In this document: positions 8,648-19,007 of the stretch, piece by piece
Position numbering within the stretch: position 1 is the stretch's first letter
Layout: every line of letters begins with the position of its first letter
Assembly: GCA_963841855.1 (NCBI GenBank)
Contig: CAWJEJ010000005.1
Location: forward strand, 284,873 to 348,872
Length of the DNA: 64,000 bases
Direction of reading: 5' to 3'
DNA from: Rhodothermales bacterium
GTDB lineage: Bacteria > Bacteroidota > Rhodothermia > Rhodothermales > BA12
Notes under the pieces: model-generated
Database searches by the model: none
Told to the model about the DNA's origin: nothing
What the model saw: the letters and a program-made list of their open reading frames with translations, nothing else
Translations under genes and position numbers: made by a program

Positions 8648-10468
8648 TTAGACGCGCGGCGGGTTGCCAGCGCCCGGTCCTTTCGGTCCACCTTTCTTCA
8701 GATCCTTCTGCGCCTTCTTCTCGGCGACGACGCGCTGATGCACGACAGCATTCTCCTCCCACGGACGGCGCTCGAAATAGCTCTTCGTGAGCGTGGCGAG
8801 TACGCCCGAGAGCAGCAGCAGCGCGATCACGTTGGGCAGCGTCACGAGCGAGAGCGCCACGTCGCCCAGGTCCCAGATCGTCGTTACGGCCAGCGTCGCG
8901 CCGACGAAGTGCATGATCACGAACACGAACTTGAACGGCAAGATCGCTCCGGCGCCGAAGATGTAGTTGGCGCAGCGGTCGCCATAGTAGCTCCACGAGA
9001 TCGACGTCGAGACGGCGAACAGAACGACCGAGATCAAGACGATATAGCGCCCCAGCCAGCCCAGATTGATCTCGTCCAGACCCTTCTCGAATGCCAGCGT
9101 CGTCAGCGGAGCCGAGTTGCGATAACCTGCGCCGTAGAGCGCGTCGGTGCGCAATCCGTCGGCGGCTTCGGCTTCGTTTGCGCGCGGAAAGAGCGTGCCG
9201 GTGAACGGAATGGTCCGCGCCTCGTCGACGTAGAGCGGCTGGTCGAGACCGATCTGCAAGTAGCCCATACCGACGCTTCCGACGGGGCGACCGTCGACGT
9301 ACTGAATCGTTTCGGGCCGGTCCGCGGCGACGAACGTGCCGTCCGCCGATTCACGCGCGAACGTGCCCGCATCGTCTTGGACGAGGTAGCTGACGTTGTT
9401 GTCCGACAGGCGGAAGGTGGTGTCGACCTGCTCGCTGAACACGCCGGTCGAGATGATGACCAGGGCCGTAATCGTACAGATAATGATCGTGTCGATGAAC
9501 GGCTCCAAGAGCGCCACGACGCCTTCGCTGACGGGTTCGTCGGTTTTGGCCGCCGAGTGCGCGATGGGCGCGCTGCCCTGCCCAGCTTCGTTCGAAAAGA
9601 GGCCGCGCTGCACGCCGTAGGTGAGCGTGAGCAGGAAGAGACCGGCGCCCGTTCCGGCGATGCCCGACGTCGGGTTGAACGCTTCGGTGAAGATCAGAGC
9701 GAACGACGACGGGACGGCTTCGATGTTGAGGCCCAGAATGACCAAAGCGCCTGCGACGTACACCGCCGCCATGACCGGCGCGACGATGCTCGTCACCTTA
9801 CCGATCCTAGCGATGCCGCCCAAGATCACGATGCCGACGACGATAGCTGTCGTCAAGCCCGTCATCCACGGCGCGATGCCGAACGTGTCGGCGACCTGAG
9901 TCGCAATCGTGTTGGCCTGGACTGCGTTGCCCGTCATGAACGAGGTCAGCATCAGCGCGGCGGCGAAAAAGATGGCGACACCCTTGAAGACGCCTTTGAG
10001 TCCGACGCCGAAGCGTTCGGTAAGCCCTTTCTCGATGTAGTACATCGGCCCACCCGACACGCTGCCCTCCCACGCCTTGGCGTCGAGGTCGGGCTTGACG
10101 ACCTCGCGGTACTGCTGCGCGAGCGTGACTTCGGAGTATTTGGTCGCCATGCCCAAGAGCGCCGTCACCCACATCCAAAAGACCGCGCCCGGTCCGCCCA
10201 GGTGGACGGCCATCGCGACTCCGGCGATGTTACCGACGCCGACTGTCGCCGAGAGCGCCGTCGTCAGAGCCTGGAAGTGCGACACGTCGCCCGGCTCGTC
10301 GGGGTCGTCGTATTTGCCCGTTGTAACAGCGACGCCGTGAGCGAATCGGCGAAACTGGACGAAGCCCAGTCGGAGCGTCAAGAAGAGACCTGTTCCGAGC
10401 AGGCCGATGATGAGCGGCCATTTGAGGATGTCGTTGACGCTGTCAATGACGGTGCTGAACAGATCCAT
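8648..10468 (-). CDS. Alanine/glycine:cation symporter (AGCS) family transporter
   Basis: N-terminal AGCS signature (GDVSHFQALTTALSATVGVGNIAGVAMAVHLGGPGAVFWMW). 606 aa, with a hydrophilic insert of about 100 aa at roughly aa 345-445. Confidence 0.85.
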   Translation of the reverse strand: MDLFSTVIDSVNDILKWPLIIGLLGTGLFLTLRLGFVQFRRFAHGVAVTTGKYDDPDEPGDVSHFQALTTALSATVGVGNIAGVAMAVHLGGPGAVFWMWVTALLGMATKYSEVTLAQQYREVVKPDLDAKAWEGSVSGGPMYYIEKGLTERFGVGLKGVFKGVAIFFAAALMLTSFMTGNAVQANTIATQVADTFGIAPWMTGLTTAIVVGIVILGGIARIGKVTSIVAPVMAAVYVAGALVILGLNIEAVPSSFALIFTEAFNPTSGIAGTGAGLFLLTLTYGVQRGLFSNEAGQGSAPIAHSAAKTDEPVSEGVVALLEPFIDTIIICTITALVIISTGVFSEQVDTTFRLSDNNVSYLVQDDAGTFARESADGTFVAADRPETIQYVDGRPVGSVGMGYLQIGLDQPLYVDEARTIPFTGTLFPRANEAEAADGLRTDALYGAGYRNSAPLTTLAFEKGLDEINLGWLGRYIVLISVVLFAVSTSISWSYYGDRCANYIFGAGAILPFKFVFVIMHFVGATLAVTTIWDLGDVALSLVTLPNVIALLLLSGVLATLTKSYFERRPWEENAVVHQRVVAEKKAQKDLKKGGPKGPGAGNPPRV

Positions 10469-10597
10469 TCGAGCGAGTCGGGAGGTGGGGAGGGGAAGGC
10501 GAGCGTGCGTCAGGGCGAGGGCACTGCCGCGCGGACGGTGGGCAAAGATAGACGCCGTCGCCGTTCGTTCACAAACGGGTGCCCCGCCGATTGTACG

Positions 10598-11872
10598 CTA
10601 TCTCGCGCTCGGAACGATGTGAGGCAACGCGGCCCAGACAGCGACCGTCGCGCCCAGCGGTGCTAGCGCCAGCACCCACAGCGCAGCCGAGTATCCGCCC
10701 AGCAGTCCGGCGATGAGCGGCAGCAGTGGTGGCCCGATCGCGGTCGCGGCGACGAATAGGGTGTGCGTGAATCCCTTGATCGCGCCGATGTGATCGCGTC
10801 CGAAATAGTAAGCAAACGCGCTGCCGCCGACGTTGCTCTGGATCCCCTGCACGACTCCAAAGACGACCCCGTAGACCACTACGGCCGCGCTCGTCTGCGC
10901 CAGCGGCAGGCCAACGGTCAGCAGCGTAAACAGCGCCAGCCCCATAGCTAGCACCTTGCGCGGTCCCCACCGGTCGACGCCTAGACCTGCGCCCAGGTTG
11001 GCGATCCAGTTGACGAGTCCGTACGCCACGAACATGACCGCGGCGGCTTCGCGCGTGACGCCGCCGCTCGTCATCAGATCGACGTGGTGAAACAGGTACG
11101 CCGTCCCCAGACAGTTCAACACGCAGATGCTGCCGACGAGCGTCCAAAAGTGCGACGTGCGGCGCGCCTCGACCAGCGTCGACGAGAGTTCGACGGTCGG
11201 CAACTCATCCGGCCGGATGGGTCCATCGGGCAGCAGTCCGTAGCGCTCGGGACGGTGGCGAAAGAACAGCCCGGCGATGGGCAGCACCACGACCAGCACG
11301 CACGCGCCGATGACGGCGTACGTCGCTCGCCAGCCCAGCGCGTCGATGCCCTGCTGCATCGCAATCGGGACGACGGCGACGGCCAGCGCCATGCCCACGC
11401 CCATCAGCCCAATCGCTAGCCCGCGCCGCCGAACGAACCACAGGTTGACGACGTGGATCGCCGAGAGCGCCAGAGCGCCCTGCCCCAACGCCCGCAGCAG
11501 GAAGAAGCCGCCGATCAGCGTCACCAATCCCCTCACCTGCCCCATCGCCACGCACGAAACGGCCAGCAGCATCGCAGCAGCGAGCGCTCCGCGGCGCGGC
11601 TCCCAGCGGTCGAGCGCGCGTCCGGTCAGGGGCAGCACCAGCGCGGCGGCGATCGTCGCGCCCGAGTAGGCCAGAGAGACGGTCTGACGCGACAGGCTCA
11701 GATCGCCGATGAATGCGTCGATGAAGAGCGCCACGCCCGCCGTCTGGCCGACAATCGTCGCGCCCATGACGAGGGCTGCGGCGGCTGTCACGTTCCAGCC
11801 GAAGAAATGCGGCGAGCGCTCGACGACGCGGCTGCGGATGGGGTCGGGCGTCACTGCGGGTCGACGCGGCAT
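10598..11872 (-). CDS. MFS transporter
   Basis: 424 aa, about 12 hydrophobic segments. Shows the MFS-type loop motif (PLTGRALDRWEPRRG). Confidence 0.7.
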   Translation of the reverse strand: MPRRPAVTPDPIRSRVVERSPHFFGWNVTAAAALVMGATIVGQTAGVALFIDAFIGDLSLSRQTVSLAYSGATIAAALVLPLTGRALDRWEPRRGALAAAMLLAVSCVAMGQVRGLVTLIGGFFLLRALGQGALALSAIHVVNLWFVRRRGLAIGLMGVGMALAVAVVPIAMQQGIDALGWRATYAVIGACVLVVVLPIAGLFFRHRPERYGLLPDGPIRPDELPTVELSSTLVEARRTSHFWTLVGSICVLNCLGTAYLFHHVDLMTSGGVTREAAAVMFVAYGLVNWIANLGAGLGVDRWGPRKVLAMGLALFTLLTVGLPLAQTSAAVVVYGVVFGVVQGIQSNVGGSAFAYYFGRDHIGAIKGFTHTLFVAATAIGPPLLPLIAGLLGGYSAALWVLALAPLGATVAVWAALPHIVPSAR

Positions 11873-11966
11873 GCCGCGCCGCTACGGTTTGGACGCGGAT
11901 TACCGATGCTGTCTGTACCGACTAGGCATGCCCCGTCGCCGCCTGCCGTCCGCCGCCTTTTTCCAT

Positions 11967-12650
11967 TCACAGCGTGTGCGGGTCGACTTCGACGAACTGG
12001 CCGCTCAGGTAGCCCATCGTGCGCGTCGGATATTTCTGGACCAGGCGGTAGTCGTGCGTCGCCATGACGAGCGTCATGCCTTGCTCGTGCAGACTCAGAA
12101 GCAGTTTCATGATTTCGTCAGACACAGCCGGGTCGAGGTTGCCCGTCGGCTCGTCGGCCAAGAGCACCCACGGCTCGCCGACGATGGCCCTAGCGACGGC
12201 GACGCGCTGCTGCTCTCCGCCCGAGAGTTCGTGCGGCATCCGCTGCCACTTGTGGCTCAGGCCGACGCGCGCCAACGCGTGGAGCACGCGTGTCTTGATC
12301 CGCTTGCCGCTCTTGCCCGTCACGTGCAGCACGAACGCGACGTTTTCGTAGACGTTGCGGTCCGGGAGCAGCTGAAAATCTTGGAAGATGACGCCGACGC
12401 TGCGCCGCAGGAACGGCACTTCGCGCGGCCGGATCGTGTCGCTCTTATAGTCGCCGATCTGGATCGTGCCGCTCTGAGGAATCACGTCGAGGTAGAGCAG
12501 GCGCAGCAGCGTGCTCTTGCCGCAGCCCGTCGGGCCGACGAGGTTGACGCGCTCGCCGCGCTGAACGGACAGCGAGAGGTCGCTCAGCACGTCGCGCTTG
12601 CCGCCGCCGGGGACGGGGTATGAGACGGTGACGTTGCGCAAATCGATCAT
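11967..12650 (-). CDS. ftsE: Cell division ATP-binding protein FtsE
   Basis: Walker A GPTGCGKST, ABC signature LSGGEQQRVAVARA, Walker B LLADEPTGNLD. Its 227-aa size and overall pattern are typical of FtsE. No ftsX is adjacent. Confidence 0.8.
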   Translation of the reverse strand: MIDLRNVTVSYPVPGGGKRDVLSDLSLSVQRGERVNLVGPTGCGKSTLLRLLYLDVIPQSGTIQIGDYKSDTIRPREVPFLRRSVGVIFQDFQLLPDRNVYENVAFVLHVTGKSGKRIKTRVLHALARVGLSHKWQRMPHELSGGEQQRVAVARAIVGEPWVLLADEPTGNLDPAVSDEIMKLLLSLHEQGMTLVMATHDYRLVQKYPTRTMGYLSGQFVEVDPHTL

Positions 12651-12659
12651 GGACGCAAG

Positions 12660-13430
12660 CTACGCAGAACCGTCGATGCGGCGCACAACCAGGTGGACGC
12701 GTTCACTGGCGCCGCTCGCCTCGGCGTCCGAAAACCCGTCGTAGGCAGCGACTTCTTCCAGCCCCGGAGGCAGCAGCGCGCGAACTTCTTCGAGCGTGTA
12801 GGCGCGCTGGACGTGCGTCTCGTGGAACGTCTGCCCCAGGATCGACAGCTCGAAATTGGTCGTGTGCAGCTGGGCGTCGCTGTCGTAGCGGCTGGTGCGA
12901 ACGTACGAAAACCCTTCGGCTTCGCCCTCGTCCTGGAAATCGGCCTCGTTGTTGGCGCTGTTTGCCGGCGTCGACACGTCGAACACGAAGATGCCCTGGG
13001 GCTTGAGCGCGCGCGCTGCCGACGCGAAGAAACTGCGCACGTCCGCCTCGTCGACGAGGTAGTTGAGGCCGTCGTACACCAGCACGAGGGCGTCAGCCTG
13101 AGCGTCGGTGTGGAACGAGGTGAAGTCGGCGACGGCGAATGCTACGTTCGCGCCGTGCAACTCGGCTTTGCGCTCAGCTACGCGCACCATCGCAGCCGAC
13201 CCATCCGTAGCCATGTAGCGGTACGATCCCAGCGGCTGAAGCTCGATCGCCAGCGATCCCGTTCCGCAGCCCAGTTCGAGTACGTCCAGCGCGCCGGGTT
13301 GATGGCGCTGGATCAGGTCGTGGACGTAGTCGGCCCAAAACTCGTAGTCGACGTGCTCCATCACCACGTCGTAACCGGCGGCGAGGGCGTCATAGGGCGT
13401 GGCCTCGTGAGGCGTTTCGGGGGTGGACAT
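12660..13430 (-). CDS. Class I SAM-dependent methyltransferase
   Basis: Motif I VLELGCGTGSLA. Start set at ATG 13430 (MSTPETPHE). Confidence 0.7.
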   Translation of the reverse strand: MSTPETPHEATPYDALAAGYDVVMEHVDYEFWADYVHDLIQRHQPGALDVLELGCGTGSLAIELQPLGSYRYMATDGSAAMVRVAERKAELHGANVAFAVADFTSFHTDAQADALVLVYDGLNYLVDEADVRSFFASAARALKPQGIFVFDVSTPANSANNEADFQDEGEAEGFSYVRTSRYDSDAQLHTTNFELSILGQTFHETHVQRAYTLEEVRALLPPGLEEVAAYDGFSDAEASGASERVHLVVRRIDGSA

Positions 13431-13599
13431 CGGAAAGGCGTCGAGCGGAGCAGCAAAGAAACGAAGCGCGCGCGGGAGGCCGGATGAATCAGTACACCCG
13501 GGCATTCATGTCCGTGATCGACCTTAGGAGTGAAGGAGGAGGCTTCATTCAGATTCTTCAAAAGCTGTCGCCGGGATTACGCAGGCGTTAACCCCCCCC

Positions 13600-13662
13600 T
13601 TGACAGACTGCAATCGAGATGAATAAGATTATTGTGTTCACAGTCTCTGCGTTTTAGAGACT
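13600..13662 (+). promoter_or_regulatory. Candidate sigma70-like promoter plus 7-bp inverted repeat upstream of the 13685 lipoprotein gene
   Basis: TTGACA at 13600-13605, then an 18-nt spacer and TAAGAT at 13624-13629. Perfect inverted repeat AGTCTCT-N7-AGAGACT at 13642-13662. A C8 homopolymer lies at 13592-13599 directly upstream. Confidence 0.3.
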
Positions 13663-13684
13663 ATCCATTTCACTCTTCACCAAC

Positions 13685-14365
13685 ATGCACATGAAGAGGA
13701 TCCTCAGTACGGTAGCACTTGCTGCCCTCACACTCGCTTCCGCCTGCTCCGAGGCTCCTGCCGTTGCCCAGTCTCCGCCGGTCGTCATCGCCTCCAACGT
13801 GGTAGCCGATGTGGGATTCGTGCCCACCCGGCTCTATGGTGACGAACTCGATCAGTGGAAAGCCCTGGATGGTTCGCAGCGCGCGGATCTGCTGACGCGG
13901 TATGCACAGGCGTCTCAGCCGCTCTCCGACACACTACGTGACAACCCGACGCCCGAAAACATCGCGCCTCTCGCTCGCGCGATGGAGGCTGACCTCGACG
14001 GTACGCCGTACGCGACGGTTGCTCGGCAGACAGCCAGCGACTTTCTGCTTCGTTCTCACCTGCTCCAGGCCGACCCCGATGTCGATCAAGTGGCCCGCCA
14101 TGCAGACGTTCTGCTGTCGACTCGTCATCCCGACGCGCGCGTCCTCGCTGAGGCGATAGCTGTGCTGGAAGGATCGTGGAGCGCCGAGCGGTTGGCCGAA
14201 GCACGGCAGATCGTTCGTGACGCCGCACGTGTCCCTTCGCTCGGAAAGGCATGCGACGAGGGCTGCTCAGTCGAGCAACTCGCCCGCCAGATGGCCGACG
14301 GCCAGTCGCTCACCGCTCTCGAACGCTTCGAGATCAATCAAGCGTTGGCATTGGCGCGACTCTGA
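13685..14365 (+). CDS. Hypothetical lipoprotein
   Basis: Signal peptide with lipobox (ALAALTLASAC). 226 aa; no motif recognised. Third-position GC looks somewhat lower than in neighbouring genes. Confidence 0.6.
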   Translation: MHMKRILSTVALAALTLASACSEAPAVAQSPPVVIASNVVADVGFVPTRLYGDELDQWKALDGSQRADLLTRYAQASQPLSDTLRDNPTPENIAPLARAMEADLDGTPYATVARQTASDFLLRSHLLQADPDVDQVARHADVLLSTRHPDARVLAEAIAVLEGSWSAERLAEARQIVRDAARVPSLGKACDEGCSVEQLARQMADGQSLTALERFEINQALALARL

Positions 14366-14386
14366 CGCTTTTCGCCCAACCTGAAG

Positions 14387-14431
14387 CGACCGGCTCGGTG
14401 ACACACGTCTCATCGGGCCGGTTCGCGTTTT
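14387..14431 (+). terminator. Candidate intrinsic terminator
   Basis: Stem GCGACCGGC / GCCGGTTCGC with one bulge, followed by GTTTTA. Lies 22 nt after the stop of the 13685 gene. Confidence 0.4.
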
Positions 14432-14508
14432 ACACGACTCGCTACGATAAGAGTCAACCGGGCATCGCCTCCATCGGCAACCCACCCGCAGCGAGACCCA
14501 GACACTGG

Positions 14509-15027
14509 CTACACCTGAAATCCCATCGGCCCACGCGTCGGCTCTGGGGCGGGCGCCTCCAACTCGACGGCATAGGTCACGCTGATGGGCTCGATTTGCT
14601 GCCCCTGCCAGACCGCGTGCGACCCCGAGTTGGCTGCCAGCACGTCGAACCGGACGCGGCTCAGCCCCTTGCCACGCGCCCACCCGGTCGCCTCGTGCAT
14701 CAACCGGCCCGCGAGACCGGCCCGCCTGTGCGCTGGAGCAACGTACAGCTCGGTCAACTGCGCCTCTACACTTCCCGCGTAGACCGGCGACGGAGCTGAC
14801 GTGTGCCCGGCCACGAACCCGACTGGCTTTCCGTTTGCTTCGGCGACGAGCACGACGGCAGACGGCGATCCGATAGCGTCGCGGAGCGTCGTGCGTCCGC
14901 GCTCGTTGGCGTCCCTGGAAGGCGTCGCGCGGGCGTCGATGTCGGCCTGCTCACGCATGAAGGCCGACCACATCTGCGCCAACGTGTCGAGGTCGGCTGG
15001 GCGAGCGGGGCGGATCGTGTAGGGCAT
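14509..15027 (-). CDS. GNAT family N-acetyltransferase
   Basis: 172 aa. Acetyl-CoA binding-type segment (LYVAPAHRRAGLAGRLMHEA). Lies 10 nt downstream of asd. Confidence 0.7.
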   Translation of the reverse strand: MPYTIRPARPADLDTLAQMWSAFMREQADIDARATPSRDANERGRTTLRDAIGSPSAVVLVAEANGKPVGFVAGHTSAPSPVYAGSVEAQLTELYVAPAHRRAGLAGRLMHEATGWARGKGLSRVRFDVLAANSGSHAVWQGQQIEPISVTYAVELEAPAPEPTRGPMGFQV

Positions 15028-15037
15028 AGAACGTGCG

Positions 15038-16117
15038 TCAGGAGGTGCGAGAAACGTAGCGGGTGCCCAAGTTCCCGCGCGAGGCGAGCAGTTCGGCGTT
15101 GAGGATCGCGCCGCCCGCTGCCCCCCTGATCGTGTTGTGGACCAGCGCCACGAACTTGACGCCGAAGTTGGGGCACGGCTGGATGCGCCCGACGGTCGTC
15201 GTCATGCCGCCGCCACTGTATACGTGGAGACGAGGTTGCGGGTGCGCGGGATCGTCCACCACCTCGACGAACTTAGCCGGAGCTGTCGGCAAACCCAGGC
15301 CTCGAAGCGGGTTGGGGGCGTTGCGGAGCGCGTCGGCAACGTCGGCGGCGGACGGATCGCCTGCCAGCCGGACGCTGACGCAGAGCGTGTGTCCCTCCAC
15401 TACGGGCACGCGGTTGCACTGTGCCGACACGACGATCGCTGCGTTTTCGATGCCGGCCTCGCCCACCGATCCCAGCAGTTTGAGCGGCTCGGTCGCCAGT
15501 TTGTCCTCCTCGCCGCCGATGTGAGGGACGACGTTACCCAGCGCGTCCAGCGAGGCGACGCCGGGATAGCCCGCGCCTGAGAGCGCCTGCAACGTCGTCA
15601 CCTGCACGGCCTCTACGCCCCACGCGCGGTGCAGCGGCGCCAGCGCGCTCACCAGTCCGACCGTCGAGCAGTTGGGATTGGTCACGATGAAGCCGCCGCC
15701 CCAAGTCTGGCGCTTGATCAGGCTCAGGTGATCCGGATTGACTTCGGGAATCAGCAGCGGCACGTCGGCCGACATCCGGTGGTTGCGCGCGTTCGAGACG
15801 ACCGCGTAGCCCGCCGATGCGAATGCCGCTTCGGCCTCTCCGGCAACCGAAGCGTCCAGGCCCGAAAAGACCAGATCGCAATCGAGATTGGGCTCGGTCG
15901 GTTGCACGATGAGGTCGGCGACGGCGCTGGGAATCGGCTCGCTGTGGAGCCAGTGCGCGGCTTCGCAGTACCGTTTGCCTGCCGATCGAGGCGACGCGGA
16001 CACGGCGGTGATGGTGAACCACGGATGATCGCCGAGCAGACGCACGAACTGCTGCCCGACAGCGCCGGTAGCGCCCAGTATGCCGACGCGGATGGGAAGT
16101 GATGGAGGTGTTGACAT
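15038..16117 (-). CDS. asd: Aspartate-semialdehyde dehydrogenase
   Basis: N-terminal NAD(P) loop VGILGATGAVGQ and catalytic Cys context VTNPNCSTVG. 359 aa. Confidence 0.9.
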   Translation of the reverse strand: MSTPPSLPIRVGILGATGAVGQQFVRLLGDHPWFTITAVSASPRSAGKRYCEAAHWLHSEPIPSAVADLIVQPTEPNLDCDLVFSGLDASVAGEAEAAFASAGYAVVSNARNHRMSADVPLLIPEVNPDHLSLIKRQTWGGGFIVTNPNCSTVGLVSALAPLHRAWGVEAVQVTTLQALSGAGYPGVASLDALGNVVPHIGGEEDKLATEPLKLLGSVGEAGIENAAIVVSAQCNRVPVVEGHTLCVSVRLAGDPSAADVADALRNAPNPLRGLGLPTAPAKFVEVVDDPAHPQPRLHVYSGGGMTTTVGRIQPCPNFGVKFVALVHNTIRGAAGGAILNAELLASRGNLGTRYVSRTS

Positions 16118-16169
16118 AGTTTGGAAAACGGAAGGTCAGAGTCAAGGCTCGCCGCCCCACTTCTCGCGT

Positions 16170-16250
16170 GGTCATCCTGAGCCTGTCGAAGGGTCTCCGG
16201 ATGCCGAGTTTGCCGCCAGGCTGGGGCCGACTTCGCCCGGGGTTACGACG
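16170..16250. repeat. Palindromic repeat, family 1 (GTCATCCTGAGC...GTCGAAGG type)
   Basis: GGTCATCCTGAGCCTGTCGAAGGGTCTCCGGATGCCGAG matches the reverse complement of 37449-37490 over about 45 nt. A degenerate inverted partner (CCGACTTCGCCCGGGGTTACGACG) lies at 16225-16250. Located in the asd-metX intercistronic gap. Confidence 0.7.
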
Positions 16251-16259
16251 TGGCAAACG

Positions 16260-17288
16260 TCAGATGCCGCGCTCGGACATCCAGCGCGTGAGATGGTGAG
16301 TGAGTTGGTCGTATTCGATCAGAAAGGCGTCGTGGCCGTGCGGCGATGTGAGCGTGGCGAGCGTGGCGCTGGGCAATCCGCTCGCCAGTTCGCGCTGCTC
16401 GGCGGGTGGGTATAAGCCGTCGCTGTCGATGGCGACGACCAGTGCAGGCTGGCGAATCGAGGCGAGCACGTCGGCCATCAAGCCTCGGTCGCGGCTCAGG
16501 TCGTGCGAATCCATCTGCTGCGTCATGCGAACGTAGCACAGCGGATCCATCCGATCGACGAATTTGGCACCCTGGTAGCGCAGGTAACTGACGACCGAGA
16601 ACTGGTCCGACGCGGGCATCCGGTCACGACCGTGGCGCTGGTCGAATCCTGCCGGAGCGCGGTACGACAGCATCGCCGCCATGCGCGCAGCGGCGAGACC
16701 CGACGTAGGCCGCGCGTCGGAGCGGTAGTCGCCGCCGTTCCAGTCGGCGTCGGCATAGATCGCCTGCCGCTCGACCTCGCCCCACCCGATCGCCCAGGCC
16801 CGCTGAGACGCGCCGACAGCGATGGGCGCGATCGCCTGAACGCGCTCGTCCAGCACCGCCCATTCGAGCGCTTGCATCCCTCCCATCGATCCGCCGATAA
16901 CCAAATCGACGCGCTCGATTCCTAACTCGTCCAACACGCGCCGGTGCAGCCGGACGGTGTCGCGAATCGTGGCGACCGGAAACGCAGAGCCGTAGGAACG
17001 CGCCGTTTCAGGCGACATGGTGAGGGGCGAGAGCGATCCATAAGGCGAAGCGATCGCGTTACAGCAGACGATGAACCGATCGGCCGGGTCGAGCGCCTTG
17101 CCCGGCCCCACTAGTCCGGGCCACCAGTCCGCCGCATCGGCGCCGCCGGTGAGAGCGTGGCACACGAGCGTGCACGTCGCCGACGGCTCGCCCCACGTCT
17201 GAAAGGCGATGGGCGCGTTGCAAAACCTCGTCCCCTCTTCGAGAGCGAACGAGTCGACGACGAGCGTTTGCGGGCCGGATGCAGTCAT
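16260..17288 (-). CDS. metX: Homoserine O-acetyltransferase
   Basis: Alpha/beta hydrolase with nucleophile elbow GGSMGGMQALEW. The N-terminus is typical of MetX (FALEEG..., IAFQTWGEP). Confidence 0.85.
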   Translation of the reverse strand: MTASGPQTLVVDSFALEEGTRFCNAPIAFQTWGEPSATCTLVCHALTGGADAADWWPGLVGPGKALDPADRFIVCCNAIASPYGSLSPLTMSPETARSYGSAFPVATIRDTVRLHRRVLDELGIERVDLVIGGSMGGMQALEWAVLDERVQAIAPIAVGASQRAWAIGWGEVERQAIYADADWNGGDYRSDARPTSGLAAARMAAMLSYRAPAGFDQRHGRDRMPASDQFSVVSYLRYQGAKFVDRMDPLCYVRMTQQMDSHDLSRDRGLMADVLASIRQPALVVAIDSDGLYPPAEQRELASGLPSATLATLTSPHGHDAFLIEYDQLTHHLTRWMSERGI

Positions 17289-17351
17289 TCAGGTGGAAAG
17301 CGTGGCGAGAAACCGAGGATCCCGGCGGCACGGCCCGACCCTCCACCTCGC

Positions 17352-17474
17352 CATCGTGAGGGGCAGCGCGACGCGGCGATCTCCATGCTATCGGCTAGCT
17401 TCGGTGATCGCCACGCTTCGCTCGCGATGACAGTCCGAAAGGACTGTGCTGATCGCTGCGCTCCTCGCGATGGC
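17352..17474. repeat. Palindromic repeat cluster, family 2 (CATCGCGAGC...GCGTGGCGATC type)
   Basis: Arm 17352-17384 (CATCGTGAGGGGCAGCGCGACGCGGCGATCTCC) faces inverted arm 17406-17431 (GATCGCCACGCTTCGCTCGCGATGAC). A third arm lies at 17451-17474 and a small hairpin CAGTCC-GAAA-GGACTG at 17431-17446. Homologous to 55642-55723 and 63810-63873. Confidence 0.75.
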
Positions 17475-17517
17475 AGAGTTCGGGCACTGGCGCGGTGCAG
17501 TCCGTGCGATCAGCCGG

Positions 17518-18897
<1,380 letters not shown>

Positions 18898-18930
18898 CTA
18901 TGTGGAGTGCGCTGCGCCGGCAGAGGTGCC

Positions 18931-18970
18931 GAAACGCAAAAAGCCTCTCCCGCAGAAATGCAGAAGAAGC
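18931..18970 (-). terminator. Riboswitch expression-platform terminator
   Basis: On the minus strand: AGCUUCUUCUGC-AUUUCU-GCGGGAGAGGCU, a 12-bp stem including G-U pairs, followed by UUUUUGCGUUU. Lies between the SAM-I aptamer and the metY start. Confidence 0.75.
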
Positions 18971-19007
18971 TATCGAAAGCGGCCTGAGCCGAGGGCGATG
19001 GGTCTTC

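Noticed and set aside
10469-10597. Possible glycine riboswitch upstream of the alanine/glycine symporter gene
   Set aside because: I read the minus strand. It is a C-rich leader (CCUUCCCCUCCCCACCUCCC) without the GGAGAG...ACCGAAGGGGCAA-type conserved blocks, and it is only 129 nt long.
8738-10666. 642-aa plus-strand ORF
   Set aside because: It is antisense to the AGCS transporter gene. Its Arg/Asp-rich composition has no motifs, so it is a high-GC shadow ORF.
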